Made by a program: the position numbers and the translations under genes. From NCBI RefSeq assembly GCF_018977255.1, contig NW_024704743.1, positions 58,902,001 to 58,966,000 of the forward strand: 64,000 bases of DNA, read 5' to 3'. Shown piece by piece: positions 39,420 to 54,453 of the stretch. The DNA is from Callorhinchus milii (Eukaryota). The notes below the pieces were generated by a model. The model made no database searches. It saw only the letters and a program-made list of their open reading frames with translations, and was not told where the DNA came from. The stretch's first letter is position 1. Each line of letters opens with the position of its first letter.

Positions 39420-39660
39420 TTCCTAACCCTTTTCACTGGATGGGCCGAAGGGCCTTCTTCATCCAAACTCACCTTGTGATCTATATCACTCTATCCTTTC
39501 TCCATCCTGTATGCATCAACTTTCTTCTTAAATATATTGATGCTTTCTGCTACAACCACAGCTTCCGGAAGTCATTTCCTCATCCCCACAGCCCTCTGTG
39601 TGAAGAATTTCCTCTGAAAGTCCCCTTTAGCATTGTCATTAGCAACCTTATATTTAGGCC
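39420..39660 (-). mobile_element. Degenerate CR1 3' fragment
   Basis: GATGGGCCGAAGGGCCTTCTTCATCC followed by antisense CTCTGTGTGAAGAA (FFTQR motif). Confidence 0.5.
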
Positions 39661-39859
39661 CAAATACACCACAAGACAAAATGTTTTTCAACATTGCTCA
39701 TTTCAACAAACGCCCACTTTCCATTGTGATTCATACATCTCAAACAACGAGATTGTTCAGGATTGGGCTGGTCTGAGAGCTAAATATAAAACAAATTTAA
39801 TGACCAAATTACATCTTGCGGTGAATTTTAACGAGGAAGAAATATTAGCCTGGAAAACT

Positions 39860-40010
39860 ATCTGCATTTCTTAAAGAGTATTCTGGGATCTTTTAAAGTC
39901 CATCAGAATCTCCAGAACAGGCAGATGGGACCTTAGGTTAATAAACATCATCCAAAGGACAGGATCTCAAGCAATACACCTCCTCCAACACCATCATGGA
40001 GTGTAAGTCA
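39860..40010 (-). mobile_element. Deu-domain SINE fragment
   Basis: Antisense TGGGATCTTTTAA.GTCCA...GAACAGGCAGATGGGACCT. Confidence 0.55.
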
Positions 40011-42409
40011 ATGTTATCTTAAGAGTTTGTGAAATTGGCAGTGAAATAAAATACAACTGCAGCAATGCTCACATTTGAGTGATGGGCCAATATCTCATTT
40101 ATAGAGACTGTGTGATTGGCCAATCTGAGGTACAACTATGTCGTGCATTCCACGACTGTTAACAGCCAATTAATCCTGATCTGTACAGAAGTACTCACCC
40201 ACTTTGGTGGGTCACTGGAATATCCAGTTTATGCTGGCTGTATTCAATCATAGTTCAATTGCAAGAATTATTATATATTTTATTATAGTTTTTAATTTTC
40301 ATGTTGCACATGCACAGGTTCTGGACTAAAATGCTAAACCACCCCCATCTGCATGTAGCAGGTAAAGTGAGGAAAACTAAATCCTGGCAAACAAAGAGAG
40401 CCAAAAATGATGCTTATTACAAGGCTTTTACTGTTACATTGTGTTCAAACGAGTTCCTAAAAAAAAAAACTAAGTTAAAACAAAGTCAACAGTGCATTAG
40501 GATCCTGGATTTGTTTTACTCTTAAGATTCAAGATTGTGTGGGATTTTGGAAATAGTCTTAAATTTAATCTCGAATTGGAAACTAGTTTTCTCAGTTAGA
40601 AACACAGGGACAGGAGAAGGCCATTCAGTCTGCTCCACCAGTTATTCAGATTATGGTCAATCCAATTTCATCCGACACTCTTGGGTACAGTGTAAAACTT
40701 TCTTCCAAATTAACATTGCTTTCCAAATTTGGCACAGTCTTCGATTTTAATATCATGGTTTTAAAGTGAAGAACATGAAAAATTATGCACCCTGGAACTT
40801 TGAACTGTTTAAGGAACAAGTTAATTTGCATTTAACAAAAATATCAAGTGGATTCTTCAAATTTCAAAACAAACTAGTTTATTAACCCAACGTTCGTCTC
40901 AATTTTCATTATTTGAAAATTATATTCAAACAGACATTAAATCATTATTTTCATGATGTCATGATGAATATTTTCATTCCTTTCATGTATGATTATGCAC
41001 ACAATTTCACAATCCACCTGTATTGTACAATCATCCCATACAGAAAAATGGGAATCATTTCAGTATTGACTTCCTCGATTTAAATTTACATATACAATTG
41101 CTCTCAATTGTAGTATTCATTCAAAGTCACTACTGCTTTGATCCAAAACAATTCAAAAGACAGTAAAGGTCTACTTGAAAAAAAAGCACAACTTCCTTTA
41201 CTTATTTATATACTTAATCATGAACCTTACTCTAGAGCAGCTTATAAGAGGTCAAATTAAAAACATATAACCGTTTGCAATCCACCACATCCATAATCAG
41301 AAGAGAAAAACTTAACTAGTGAGCGCAAGAGGGGAAGGCAGAATGTCTTGTAAGTTATTAAATAAACTCCTGTGAAGACTATCTTATAAAAGACTTCTTT
41401 TGTAAACATTTACAAAGAAAATCATCAATGTTCGCATAAAGGAAGCTAGACAATAACCAGTGAAGCCCACCAACTTAACTTTCTTTACAATCTACAAGCA
41501 AGTCACCTACTAACAATGACCAGGGCAAGTTTTGATCCAGTGCTCGGTACACCTGTACTGGACTGTGCTGCACGTCTCTTCTGAAATTAGATTGCACTGC
41601 ATGGCAAATGAATAGAGCTTCCAATACAATGCTGAACCTTTCTGGTAGGAAACTGTGCTCAACCACTCAAGTTGTTTTGTTCTACTGATATTCTGTCTCA
41701 GTTACTCGGGTACATTCCTGAATACAGATTTTTTATGGCGATTAATTTTTTTTTGAAACATAAAAGCTTTTGCTGTAGGTTTCATTTCTAATGGTTTCAT
41801 GCTTTCACCCTGCATTTCATTTAGGAAATGCTGTAGTTATAGTCTTCGGTGCAAGACAGGATACCGCACGAGGTCTGTTCCTCTAATTTGCTGTCATACA
41901 CACAAATCTTTTGTATACACAAAAATGCTAATGTACAGGCATACTAAATTGTCACACTGATTTGTTTTCATCGTGAACTTATTTACATACTAATAAGATC
42001 AAACTGTGCCACATACTAAGAACCGTTGTCTAATGGTGTGAAATCTGTGCATCCATTCACAAGACTGACAGAATTTTTTTCTTTTACAAAATGTATTTTA
42101 TTGAAAGCATTAGGAATTTACATAACAACTAAACATAGGAAATCTGCCACATTAAAATCCCACCTAATAATTTTAATATATATGTACAGTCCTCAATCCC
42201 TTGCGTTAAATGTTTAGATTTGTACAATCTGTAAGATGCATTCTTCCACTGAAGACTAACTAAACATAAGCAACAATTGTACTCTGCACAAATAAATAAC
42301 CTTCAAAGTATTCCAACAATTGTACGCTACGATTTTCTGGGGCGGTTCGATCACAGTTGAGGAATATTTCACACAGTGCATACTGTGTACCGTACAGAAT
42401 AGTCTGAAT

Positions 42410-42622
42410 GGATCTTGCTCTGGAACTCTCTCCCTCACTCATTCTGCCTTGCATCCTCCCTCCCCACCTTCAAATCCCGCCTAAAGACCTTCCTTTTTCA
42501 TCTTGCTTATGATCACCTCCCTCCTCCCTCTTCCTTTGGCTTGATAACAGACTCCGCCATTGTCAAGCACTCCGGGACGCTACCCCGCATGAAGGGCGAT
42601 ATATAAATGCACAAGTTGTTGT
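42410..42622 (+). mobile_element. L2 3' fragment
   Basis: LWNSLP...PTFKSRLKTFLF and a GTTGTTG tail. Confidence 0.8.
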
Positions 42623-43589
42623 TCTTTCTCAATCATTTTTAATGCTAAGGATGAAAAGGACAACCTTTTAAACAGCATCATTTTGAAAGAATCACCACTT
42701 CTAGGATGTCCATATGAGATGTTATAAATTGTAAAATTAACATAGTAAACCTCACATAAGTTGTATCAGTTGGTACCATACATTTGATATGACTTATGCA
42801 AAGTATGAAATATGTCAAACTTGCACAGAATGTAAACGCTTGAATGGGACTTGGGCAGATGTACAACTTAGGCAATTATACAACTTATACAGATCAGACT
42901 CATGCGAGTTTTACTGTATGAAAGTCTTTTTTAAAAAATCAAAAGCAGGCTTTGTCAATGAGTTTCTCAGGGTAGGAATAACACTGTCAAAGCTCACGAC
43001 TGATTTCACCAGTGATTACTACCATTCTAACACGGAAGGAAAGCAACGGCACAACTTTAATGTGCGGGACTACAGAGTAGTGGGACGCGGCTTCAATTCC
43101 TGGACAAGTGAGAGGGGAGGGATGGGGGGGAGGGAGAAAAGACGCAAAACCCGCCAGGTCTTTCACGGCTGCTGGCTTCCAACCAGAATGCCAGTCGGTG
43201 TGATGGGAAACAGATCTCTCCTGGTTTCGGGAAGGTCCAATAAAAGTGTTCAGATTTTTTTTTAAAAGTTCCTCATATATTATAAGGAAATATGTGGCTT
43301 TAATATAAACCGTAGGGCTGAGTCGTTTACAGTGATCTGATGCCAACTCGTAGGACTGATGATCAACCACAAATTCAGTACACCTTGTACAAGGATCCAG
43401 TGCTAAATGCCGATTTCAGCACATTTCCATCAATACATTATTTGGAATATATTATATAACTGTCCTCCTGCTTGTCCCTCTAACCTCTTAACTCTTAAAC
43501 ATTTGCCATCATTAACCTTCAGCTGCAAAGATTAAATAGCCACCTGCCCAGCAGGGGAAATAAATACCATAACATGGTTTGCTTTAACC

Positions 43590-43880
43590 ATAATAATCCT
43601 TCCATTTGATATAGCGCTTTTCATGTCTCAAAGCGCTTCACAGAATATACTGTAAAGTGAATTGACTGTAATTTTGCAGGGTAAAACTCGGCAGCCAATT
43701 GCACACAGCAGTGTCCCACAAACAGTCGTGGATTGTGTGACCAAATTATTATTGATTCTTTTCTTGTGGGATTATTATCAGGCATGTAGAGTAAGGAAAA
43801 TTGCCCACGGTTTCGCCCTGCCGGGAATCAAACCGAGGTCTCTCGCTTGCGAGATGAATGCTGCAGGACTGAGTTACAGC
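43590..43880 (-). mobile_element. tRNA-derived SINE (intermediate subfamily), diverged
   Basis: Tail, Deu-like body and partial head recognisable on the minus strand. Confidence 0.85.
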
Positions 43881-44847
43881 TACAACCATAACAGGAACAT
43901 AAAAAGATGCATTTATGCATTTACTTTCTATTGGTAGGCAACCAAAGACATAGCTTTATGGGCACTTCAGGTGCACAAAGTAAGTTGCCTATCAAGCAGT
44001 TTTTCAATCAAACTAGACAGTTTCCATTGCCTAGTCATTGCAGGCCATACTCAAAGTCATCAATAGTGTTTGACCAATTTTGTATTGCAGAAAAGCATCC
44101 AGTGTAATTGCAGTGGAGATCAGCTAGTTTCTCATTTTAAGGCAAAAGTTTTGCCTATTCTGAATACCAACATCCATATTGATGATCTCCTCAAACAAAT
44201 ACACATAAGAACATCTAACACAACACATACAGTAATGTCTAAAATCTCTACCCCTTCTTTACAACTAGCTCATCACAAGACAAATGCAATTTCACAAGGA
44301 CTGCCCTTAATTAAGGGTTTGGTGTAGTATAAATACAGTGAGGGTTTAGTGGTGAAGAAGCTGAATGATCTCATTACACTTCTGTGGGTGAAGCACAATT
44401 TGACACGTTTATATAACTACACAGTATCACTTGTATATTATTTCAATAAACTTGCAGTGATGATGTCAGTGAGATCATCCACACATCAATAGGAAGTGCC
44501 TGAGCAGGCAATATCTGCAATGTCAGCTGTCCAGGAAAATAGAGAGCTCAAAATTATATCAACTTCACCCAGGAAGTTCACAGTATACCCCAGAAAGATC
44601 AGTCACCCAGGAGTCATTTCAAGCATCAATTTTAGCCCAGTCCAGCCTTATGGATTGTGACAAGATCCATTAATGCTTCACAGTTGCTCCCAAACATCCA
44701 TATGGGTTCATTACACGTGAGAAGCTTTGCCAGGTTTCAGGAATAGAGAGGATCTGCCATCTAAACAAAACTCAAAATGTTGGCCATTATCACTTACTAT
44801 CTCCTTCAGTTTCTAAATCTGACATTACAACACAATATAAATAACGT

Positions 44848-45030
44848 TCAGTTATATAGCGCCTTTCACGTCGGAAGGATGTTCCAAAGCGCTCAACACT
44901 GCTAGCTGGGCACAGGAGTAGAGGGGAAAAACATGACCAAAAAAGGGGTCAGCAAGGAACATCTTGAAACAGACCTTAAATGAGTGTAGGGAAGGAGGGA
45001 GTTCCAGAGGGTGCAGGCAGAATGGCATTG
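44848..45030 (-). mobile_element. L2 3' fragment
   Basis: Reverse-complement 3' hairpin AGCGCCTTTCACGTCGG...AAAGCGCT and a LWNSL region. Confidence 0.75.
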
Positions 45031-48000
45031 GCATGGAACAAATCTTTCCATGAGATACACTTGTTCTTCCAAATCATATTTAAAATTTCTGATTCTTTTT
45101 GCAACTCAGCTATTCATGAAACTGGACCTTGCGAACAAATCACTCACCCCAACTAAACCCTACCTGCTCCAGGCCCAATTACAACAAATATATCTGGACA
45201 GCAGCTCTACTAAATGAAATGTTGCATCACAATCATAAGCAAAATTTGTGTTTACTTTAAGGTGGAAGCTACCTGATTGAACTAATTAACATTTCACACT
45301 GAGAAAGTAACTAAGTTTTGTCACTAAGTTTATTTAGCATATTTGGTGGTGCTTGAGTTACAGGGATTAAAAAAAAATCACACTTAAACCAATACACCTT
45401 AATACTGCACCAATGCTGTGCTTCAGCCATATTCTATTCATCACCTTAAATTGTTCCTACACCAATCATTACCAATAATCAGTAACCAACAATGTCATAC
45501 AGCTCAAAGTGCTCACACTGAACATTACCCAAGTGTGAAAGGACATTTCAAACTAAACTGATGTTTCTTTACCACAGCTCAAACACACACAGTCTGAAAC
45601 TTTCACAGGTCAGTTATGTCAATAATTACACTCTGATTTCTTTCTTTTTTATGTAAAAGAAAAGCACTTCTGCGGTCAGGAAGTTAGTTGGAATTACTGA
45701 TAGTCCTGAACGAGACTAGACTATAAATATCCCAAATAAAACACTTCCTTACATACTGTCTCACACTCACAAATAGTTTCCCTTCATATAGAACAGAGAT
45801 TCACACTGACAATCCCAATGGTAAGCCATAAAGTGGTAAGATACAAACTCGGAATTTGTCACAGGGGGTTAAACAATTGCAATCAAGGTCATTATCAAAT
45901 CCTTTCATGGCGTTCTCTGCAGTTAACTACAAAGTGATATTGGAGCAAATAATAAGAAAATGTGAGTGAGATACCCTGGGCTGCCCTCATGCAGTGAGCT
46001 CAAGAGCAGCTTTGGCAGAGGCCTGGGAGAGAAAAAAAGAGCAAAAATTTCATAGACTTTAATACTCCGACAGATGAGAAATGACAATTTTATTTAAACT
46101 CAATGGCTAGAACTGGATACTCAATAATTGATACTTAAAGGTAATTTCCAAAATGCACATTTCCCTCCCTCCCAAGTACTCAAAACCACTTTTAGAACAC
46201 AGGTCACAGTATTACAATCCTGTTCTCCCTTGTTCACAATCTGCATCAGTCCTAGATGTCTTCACTTCATCCATTTCAGAATTTACTTTACAAGCAACGA
46301 AAACTAGGCTGAACACATCTGGATCATGTTAGGACAATACCTTACCTACATCATGAGAACATTATGAGAAGCGACAGGGTAGCGGGTAGTAAAATAATTG
46401 TCTGATAAGGGGAAACTGTCATTACTAAACAGCAGCCTGGTTAAAGTTACTTTTATAATATAAAAACAATGTAAAAAAATAACAAAAGGTTAAACAACCT
46501 TGTGCTCTTTAATGTTGTTCGTAAATGGAGTCAGTCCAGACTGATAAATACATAGACCTGCCTTCACAATCACCCATTATGTCACCCACATGCACACGGC
46601 CTGTAATACACTTTCTGATCATAGTCATGAACATTTGATTGATCACACCTGTCAAAGGGCTGGGTAGCTCTCGCTGATCCGTAACAGATCACTGAGGGAC
46701 TCATTACTATCTATAACACAATTCCCCTGTTCCATCAATCTGCTACAGGCATGACTAGCTTCGAGAAAGAGTGTGTCATTATGTAATTAAAAACTTGTAG
46801 TGTGCAATTTGATGCAAACATTATGTACCAAAAATTATGTATCAAATGACCCCGATGGAAATTTATTCCAAAGTGATTCTCTGCTGAAGTATCGCTTGTA
46901 CAGCGCAGTGAGGAGACTGTAATTGCCTTGTTGTGATGCGAGAGGGGAACAGATATTACACCAGCATTTGAAGCTCTAAAGGGAGCCTCACAGGACTAAA
47001 CTGTTTCACTGCAGATGTTGAGAGGAAACATGATCCAGGTTGATATAAAATGAATGTTGAGACAGGACTGGGTCACTTGTCTGTGATTTCAGTGCCACAG
47101 GATACAAATGCAAAACAGCAAAGCTGGAAATGAGAACAATTTATCTTAGCTCTCACCTACAGAATAGTAGATATGTCAAATAACCTCTGATGAATGACAA
47201 AAGAATGTGTTCTACCCATGATTCTGTGAGGTTATTCAGTGAGTGGTTTAGCTTTACAGACCAAGTTACACCTTCAGTTCTGTGCTGATTTCAGAAAGAT
47301 GGCAGCAAGATGCTATCGTTAACTTCAGCATCCCTGAGCTATGGGACAGTTGCCAAAAAAAAATTCAGCCAAGGATACATCCCCGATTACTTTCCAGAAA
47401 GCCCTACTGTAAGTTGTGACTGTGTAATAAATATCCCTCATCCCCTCCACCATTGACAGCTATGCTTTCAGCCACTAAACTACAGAACTCTACCTCATAC
47501 CTCGAATTAAGCCAGAGAGGGAGGGATGGCACCATACACATGGTTGAAGAAAAAGATCTTTGGGCGTGAAGGTGAAGGAGAGGACAAGCTCCATCACTTT
47601 TACCCTGCATGAAGGGCACTATATAAAGGCAAGTTGTTTTGTTGTCATTGCTGTTGTAATCACTGTGTATTCTGTAGGTGAAGTATCCCAATGGAAGGGA
47701 AAAGAAACCAAATGCTTTTAGAAAAGGAGGGGAAAAAGTGGTCAAGTTTTTTTTATTATATAAACCCTATGTTGTTTGGCAATTTACTTTTTAAAAAAAG
47801 GCCCGGATACATAGCCAGAGCATAGATGTAAATGTAATCTACGGAGTCCAACCAGCCAGACATGCAGACTGTAGTGCTGGATTGATGGCCTGGAGTTTTA
47901 AACATGGTTATTTCCATAGCAGGTTTATTGTTTCTAGAAGTTTTACCTGCGGTGATTACATTTGGTAGAATCCATGACATTGAGAAGTGTGCACAGAATG

Positions 48001-49008
48001 TTAGCAGGGGAGCTGGCAGGTCAAGTGGCTGCTGCTCACTCCATACTTTGTTTTAACTACGGCTTCGGAAGTTTAATCCTTTGAACAAGCTTTCACAGTT
48101 AAATCACAGCGATATCAATTCAAAAATCAACAGGTTCCATCTGAGTTACATGGACGTATTCTGCAAACACACTGGAGATTTTTTTTAAATTAACTTTCCT
48201 TCCCGCTTGCGAGTGTTTCCAATTCCTAAAAAAAATTGAAGTTACAGTGGTGCTAGATAAAAAGGGTGCAGAAGTTGATGGGAAAATGCTGTGAAACATA
48301 GAAACGTCATCACTAGAGAAAGACCTTTTGGGCCATCGAGCCTAAGCTAGTGCTTCCTTTGAAGTTACCTATCCAATTTCCAGCTCTTTCCAAACCTTAC
48401 CACAATTGCCATGAAAAAAAGACAAGACTGTCAGGGTGCAGGGGCCATGTTCTTTTCGTGTTTCTCCCCCAGTCATTATATCAGTCCAATATAAAACAAC
48501 AATTTACATTTTTATAGCACCAGCAGGACATATTGAAGCACTTTACACAGCTGACTCAGACCCCGAGCTAGGCTTAGGGGAGCTGACGAGAGTTGGGCGA
48601 AAAGGTGGTTTCATGAACCAGCATCTGAATGCTGACAACTTTACAAAATCTTGTTGGGAGTATATACAGGATATACATCTCTGCAATGCTGCTGAATATT
48701 CAAAACGCTTTTGTTCAAGAAACAGGTTTTTGAATAGATAGAAAACAGATTTATTATTTCTCTGATAAGATGATCCTTGCTGACTGATTTTATTAGAAAT
48801 GCCAACCGGTATTTTGACAGGTGCAATCAGTTAAGTGATCACGGGCAGCATCAGAATAGCGTTGCTATAATTTATGTATTTGTATTCTGTGTTCCACAGA
48901 TCATTACCTCCACCTGCTTAAGTAAAGGTTGGATTAACCCACAGAACATTTTCTTAAAAAAAAGGCCATACGACAGTCCTGACTGACCCTGGGGATGCAA
49001 AGCCCTTA

Positions 49009-49452
<444 letters not shown>

Positions 49453-49796
49453 GAGCAGTTGCATTATGGACTAAACAGAAAAGCTCTTCAATAATCCCAA
49501 ACCCTCACCCCCAAAATCAATGTCACAGACCCTTCTTGTAAAGCTCCAGCTGCACTCCAATGTTAAACACCCTCAAATATTCTTACAGGGTTAGCCTGCT
49601 CCTTCATTAAAGATTTCATATCTTTACGATAAACAAAATTCACAGGTATCAACCTGATTTGCATCTTAGAACTTATACCAGAATAAGGCCCAAACACAAG
49701 CACCAGTGTGGCGCACACTCATTATAGTATGGAGTTTAATGAGAATAACAACACTGAAATCTGTAATGAAGTTGGGAATTATGTGTTTCAGAATGT

Positions 49797-49862
49797 ATCC
49801 AGCGCCTTGGGACGTCCTCCCGACGTGAAAGACGCTATACAAATGTAATCTTGTTGTTGTAT
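49797..49862 (+). mobile_element. Extremely truncated L2 (3' hairpin and tail only)
   Basis: CAGCGCCTTGGGACGTCCTCCCGACGTGAAAGACGCTATACAAATGTAATCTTGTTGTTG. Confidence 0.8.
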
Positions 49863-50919
49863 TATAACTATACATGTGGCTGCACATGATCCATTATACC
49901 ATTGTGTGTTATACAACCAAACTGCTCTGTAGGTTTGTATCACCCTTTCATATCATTGTATTATTGTACAAGCTTGTGCAATACAATTTATACTTTAATA
50001 TTTTGTGGCCGTAAGTGGGATTTAGCTCAAGTGGTTCCAAAAGGTGATCTAGTGAAACAGAAGAGTCTGATCAAATGCCTTAACACTGAGGAATGATGCA
50101 GTGAAACCAAACATCCAGGAGGTTAAGAGTTGCACTGGAAATTAGAAGGGCTAACATTTCATCCGTTAGGCCAAATATGAGGCAATTTCATTGGGATTCC
50201 TTAACAAAGAACCCAAATAAAGGCTCCTTCCAGTAACCAGAAGAACAATGTGCCAACTTCCTGGCAGTCCCCTCCAGAAGCAGCTCTCATTGGAGTGGAT
50301 TTCCTCGAGTCGGAATGGTCTACAGCAGTTTTCTCATGAAGAAATCCCATTAGGAATTGCAAACATAAGATCCTATCATGCCAACTCTGCCATTATAATA
50401 TTCAGTGAAATGGCTTTCAGAACAGGGAACGCTAGAGCCAACTAAATACAATGTTTATACAATAAAAGAGATTTCAAAAATCCTGCTCAAGATAGATCAA
50501 TCATATTATTTTGGTCAAAATAATACCAAATTTGCAATTTAATGAAACTCTCAAACAGCTCAGGCCTGCAAACTGGGATGTCTGGATAGGGATGGAACTC
50601 ATCAGATCATTTCCGTCAATTAAAGCCCATCAGCATTCGCTTCAACTCTTTTGAAATCAATCTCGATGCCCGGGAAAAATTCCCTCACAAGTGAATATCG
50701 CTACTAACTACTACCAATCTGGATGTAAATACAGCTCTCCCCTGCAATACGAACCCAATGGAGAAAGGGTGCATGATGTAACGGTAATTACAATTTGAGT
50801 TCCTGCCTCCAGAGGGCAGAAGCAGGTTGTTATAAATATAAAGGTGTTAGTAGTACTATATTAGTAGTGGTGTAGAAGTGCCACTTGAAAAACAGCCACT
50901 TTGGCTAAAAACCCATGGT

Positions 50920-51430
50920 AACAACACCACCACCTTGCACTTATATAGCGCTCTCCACACTGGGTAGCGTCTCAGAGGCGGAGCCTGACTCCAAGCCAGG
51001 ATGGGGGAGGTGGCTGTGAGCACGGTTGAAGAGGAAGGTTTCCAGGCAGGACTTGGAAAAAGGGAAGGCGGAGGGATTGAGGGAGAGTGTTCCAGAGTTT
51101 CAGGCGTAGTGGCTCGGGAAAGTGCGACCTCCGATGGTGGGGCAGAGGGTGCGAGGGACGAGCAGGAGGCCGGTGCCAGTCGAGCGGAGGCGCTGGGTGG
51201 TGGATGGGGAGTGAGGAGGGAGGTGCCAGGGAGTGAAGGAATTTGAACACGAGAGTGAGAATCTTGCAGTCGATCTGTTCGGTGATGGGGAGCCAATGGA
51301 GATTTGAGTACGGAGTATGGTCCAGGTCAGTTTGCAGGCGGCAGAGTTCTGAATGGCAGAGTAGAGGATACCACAATCCCACAAAAATCACTGGTATGAT
51401 GAGCAAGGAGCAGGACACGCAGAAGGGCAG
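50920..51430 (-). mobile_element. Second L2 family, 3' fragment
   Basis: LHWLPITEQIDCKILTLVFK, GLLLVPR..CPTIGGRTF, LWNTLP; 3' end as at 17737. Confidence 0.85.
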
Positions 51431-52619
51431 CAGGTAACAACTGAACAACACGTCAACTCCTTCAACATTTGAATCAAGTGGAGATTGTGAAGGTCTGCAG
51501 TGGGTGTAGAGTTTGGATGTCAACATTAAGCTCTGCACTGGCAGGTTCAGGTACAGCATGCTTAGAGATGCACCTAATTCCATGTTACATCACTCTCAAA
51601 AGAGTGCTGTTGTGCTAGAACACTTTTAAAGTAATAATTCTTAAATGGTTATACAACTGTACGCTGAACAGAATAGAAAGCGCTGGTTTCCAGTTTCTCA
51701 GGATGCTTACCCCAACGTATTGCCAGCTTCCTTAATCCTCAACACCAGTTTATTATTGCCACCAGTGTCTACTTTCAGGAATCTGGGGTCTGCAATGTTC
51801 TGAATTTAAGAATTTTCTTAAGCTTTGTAGAGATTTCTCCAGATAATTTTGGGATTCAGAATTGATAAAAAAACAAGGAAAGCAGACTAGCAAATGTATT
51901 GGAGATTCATACAGATAATTCATGATTGAATCAAGATTTGGAATAAGAATGAGACAGCAGCAAGAACAGAAAAAAAGGTCTTATTCTTCAGTCTGTTTAT
52001 ACCAGTATTTCAGAACTATACAACAGGATGAAACACCTGATTATAAATTGCAAAAAATAAAATCATAAAAGCCCATGGGGAAAGAACACGAATGTGCCCA
52101 AAGCAGTGAACTAGGCAAATGTCACCACCCAGAACTTGGCAATGTCGGTATGACCCAGTCCATTAGCTGTCCATGTAGAGAGAGTGAGAGTGTGTGCGTT
52201 CTGTGGATTCTCTCTCTTTATAGACGAGGCAAATTCTACACCATCTAACGTGTAAAGCCATTATGTACCTGCAATGTGTGTTACACACCCATTTCATATT
52301 TGAAGGCAGAATTCTAACGCACAAGAGGACAATGGACTCTACATTGATATTTTTGAATGAAGAAATAGCAATGTAATTTTACACATTGGTGACTATAAAA
52401 GGAAGTGCACATAAAAATGCATTTCAGTTACAGTTAAAATACTTCGCTTCATGCTACATTTAATTTTGCAAGAGCTTTGGTTTCAGCAAAAATACATGCA
52501 ACAGTATTGTAAACTCACCACAGGGCTGAGAGCATGGACGTGGAGGGCGTGAAAGTTTTTTCACAGGGCTCCTGCAATGGCTCAGAGGATTTAGTTTGTG
52601 GGTAACAGCCAATTCACAC

Positions 52620-53400
52620 TGGAGATCACAAGCTGAGTTAGCTGATCAGTCAGAGCAGCAATAGGAAAGCACCCTCCTCTTAATAGAGGCAGGAAAATAA
52701 TCTAGTTTTCTTGCTGCTCACCACAGTACAGGGACCCTTCCTGGGCTGTGTTTTGGTATCAGCCTGGCTTAGTCGGTAGTATTCTCACCTCTGAGTCAGA
52801 AAGTTATGAGTTCAAATGTCTGCACTCACATCTAAGCTGACTTTCCAATTCAGTGTTGGGAGAGCACTGTATTGTTTGAGGTGTCGTCCTTTAGATGCAA
52901 CATGAAATCGACGTCCCATCTGCCTGTTGGACAGGCGGATATTAAAGATCCCACGGCACTATTCAAAAAGAGAAGTTTCTCCAGGTGTTCTGGCCAACAA
53001 TTCCCCAAATAAAATTGGTTATTCACCCTATGGCTATCTGGGGGACATTGCTTTGAGAAAAATTGGCTGCTGCATTCATATACAAAATACACAGTCACTG
53101 CACTTCACGGTATGTCCTGTGAAGTGCTTTCAGACGTACTCCTGACCTGAAAGATCCTACATCAAATGTAAGGATTTTACTTGGGAGACATCGCGTGAGA
53201 ACGGGTGTGAGCTCGGCTGTGCTGCTTCCTGTGGTCCAAAATCTGCCAACTCTCACTGTGAAGGCGCAGACATGAATAATAATAATCCTTGCATTTGATA
53301 TAGAACCTTATCATCTCTTCGCGATCTCTTGGGTGAGTTACTGCATGGTGATCACCACCTGCAAGCTCTCAGAGTCAGAATCCATTGTGAGAGGAGGGAG
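52620..53400 (+). repeat. Unclassified ancient interspersed repeat split by the 52755-53180 SINE; related pieces near 24900-25050, 47230-47410 and 54540-54670
   Basis: Shared degenerate words GCTGA(G)TT.GCTGATC, TCCAG.GAC and CTCTCACTGT..GGC.CA seen by eye among these loci. Confidence 0.4.
52755..53180 (+). mobile_element. Ancient Deu-domain SINE, near full length
   Basis: Head CAGCCTGGCTTAGTCGGTAG...TGAGTCAGAAAG, core AAAGATCCCACGGCACTATTC, tail CAAATGTAAGGATT. Confidence 0.8.
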
Positions 53401-54121
53401 AAAAATGGGGGAAAAAATTAAAAATATTTACAAGAAAGGGCTCGACATTTAACTTGTAAATTTTTGGCTTTACATAATGTTCAGCAAATATTAAACATTG
53501 TTTTCTTGCGTAAATGTCAACAGTCATGAATATATTCATTAAATATATCCATTTAAATACTTAAAAACTCTTTTAAAAAATGTAAAAGTTTTCTCCAGGA
53601 CAAACATGAGAGAGAAATGGTTTTCATAAACCATCACAAAGCTTGCAGCACCTGAGCCAGCCTGGTATCTACACTCCCACTCTAGGATAATCACACGATA
53701 TTTGGAAGGACTAACTTCTTCCCAAATTCAGGCTCAAGGCTAACCTCATTGACCGTACTTTCAGTCATCTTTCCCTTCCCCACCTCCCTAGACTCCCTCT
53801 CCCACACAGCAATATTAAGCACCATGGGACATTCTCCCGACGTGAAGGATGCCATACGCATGTGAACTTATATTGTATTGTAAATGCAAATTAATGGAAA
53901 TTGGGGGTGAAGGGAAGAGACAAAAATGCTATTTTTTAAATCACAATTACTACTGATTTTAATCCCTGTCAAAGCAAGACTCCAGTCAGACTCTTAAGTG
54001 TGAGCAGCATCAAAATAGAAGTCACTGTTGTATTTTCTTCACTCGTAAACATTATGTTAAATTCAATTTAACAAAACGTGATTTTTTAATAAAATTGTTT
54101 GGGACGCTACTGAAATTATGT

Positions 54122-54453
54122 GGAGTCCTGTAGCTCAGTGGTTGAGCACTCGCTTTGCAAGCTAGAGACCTGAGTTCAATTCCAGGCAGGGCGAAACCTT
54201 GGGCAAGTTTCCTTACTCCACACGCCTAATAATAATCCCTCCAAAAAAAACCAAAAACAATAATAAAATTGGTCATTTTCAATCCATGACTGTTTGTGGG
54301 ACATTGCTGTGCGCAATTGGCTGCCGCGTTCGCCCACAAATATACAGTCAATTCACTTTACAGTGTGTTCTGTGAAGCGCTTTGGGACGTCCTCCCGACG
54401 TGAAAAGCGCTATATCAAATGCAAGGATTATTATTATTATTATTATTATTATT
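54122..54453 (+). mobile_element. Young tRNA-Ala-derived SINE (short subfamily)
   Basis: Full length with a long (TTA)n tail and small internal deletions. Confidence 0.93.

Noticed and set aside
39305..39874. 189-aa plus-strand ORF
   Set aside because: Overlaps antisense CR1 remnants; no recognisable domain or splice context.
42789..43370. Overlapping 158-aa and 127-aa ORFs, or an intronic snoRNA
   Set aside because: No recognisable protein motif, and I could not find paired C/D or H/ACA boxes with terminal stems.
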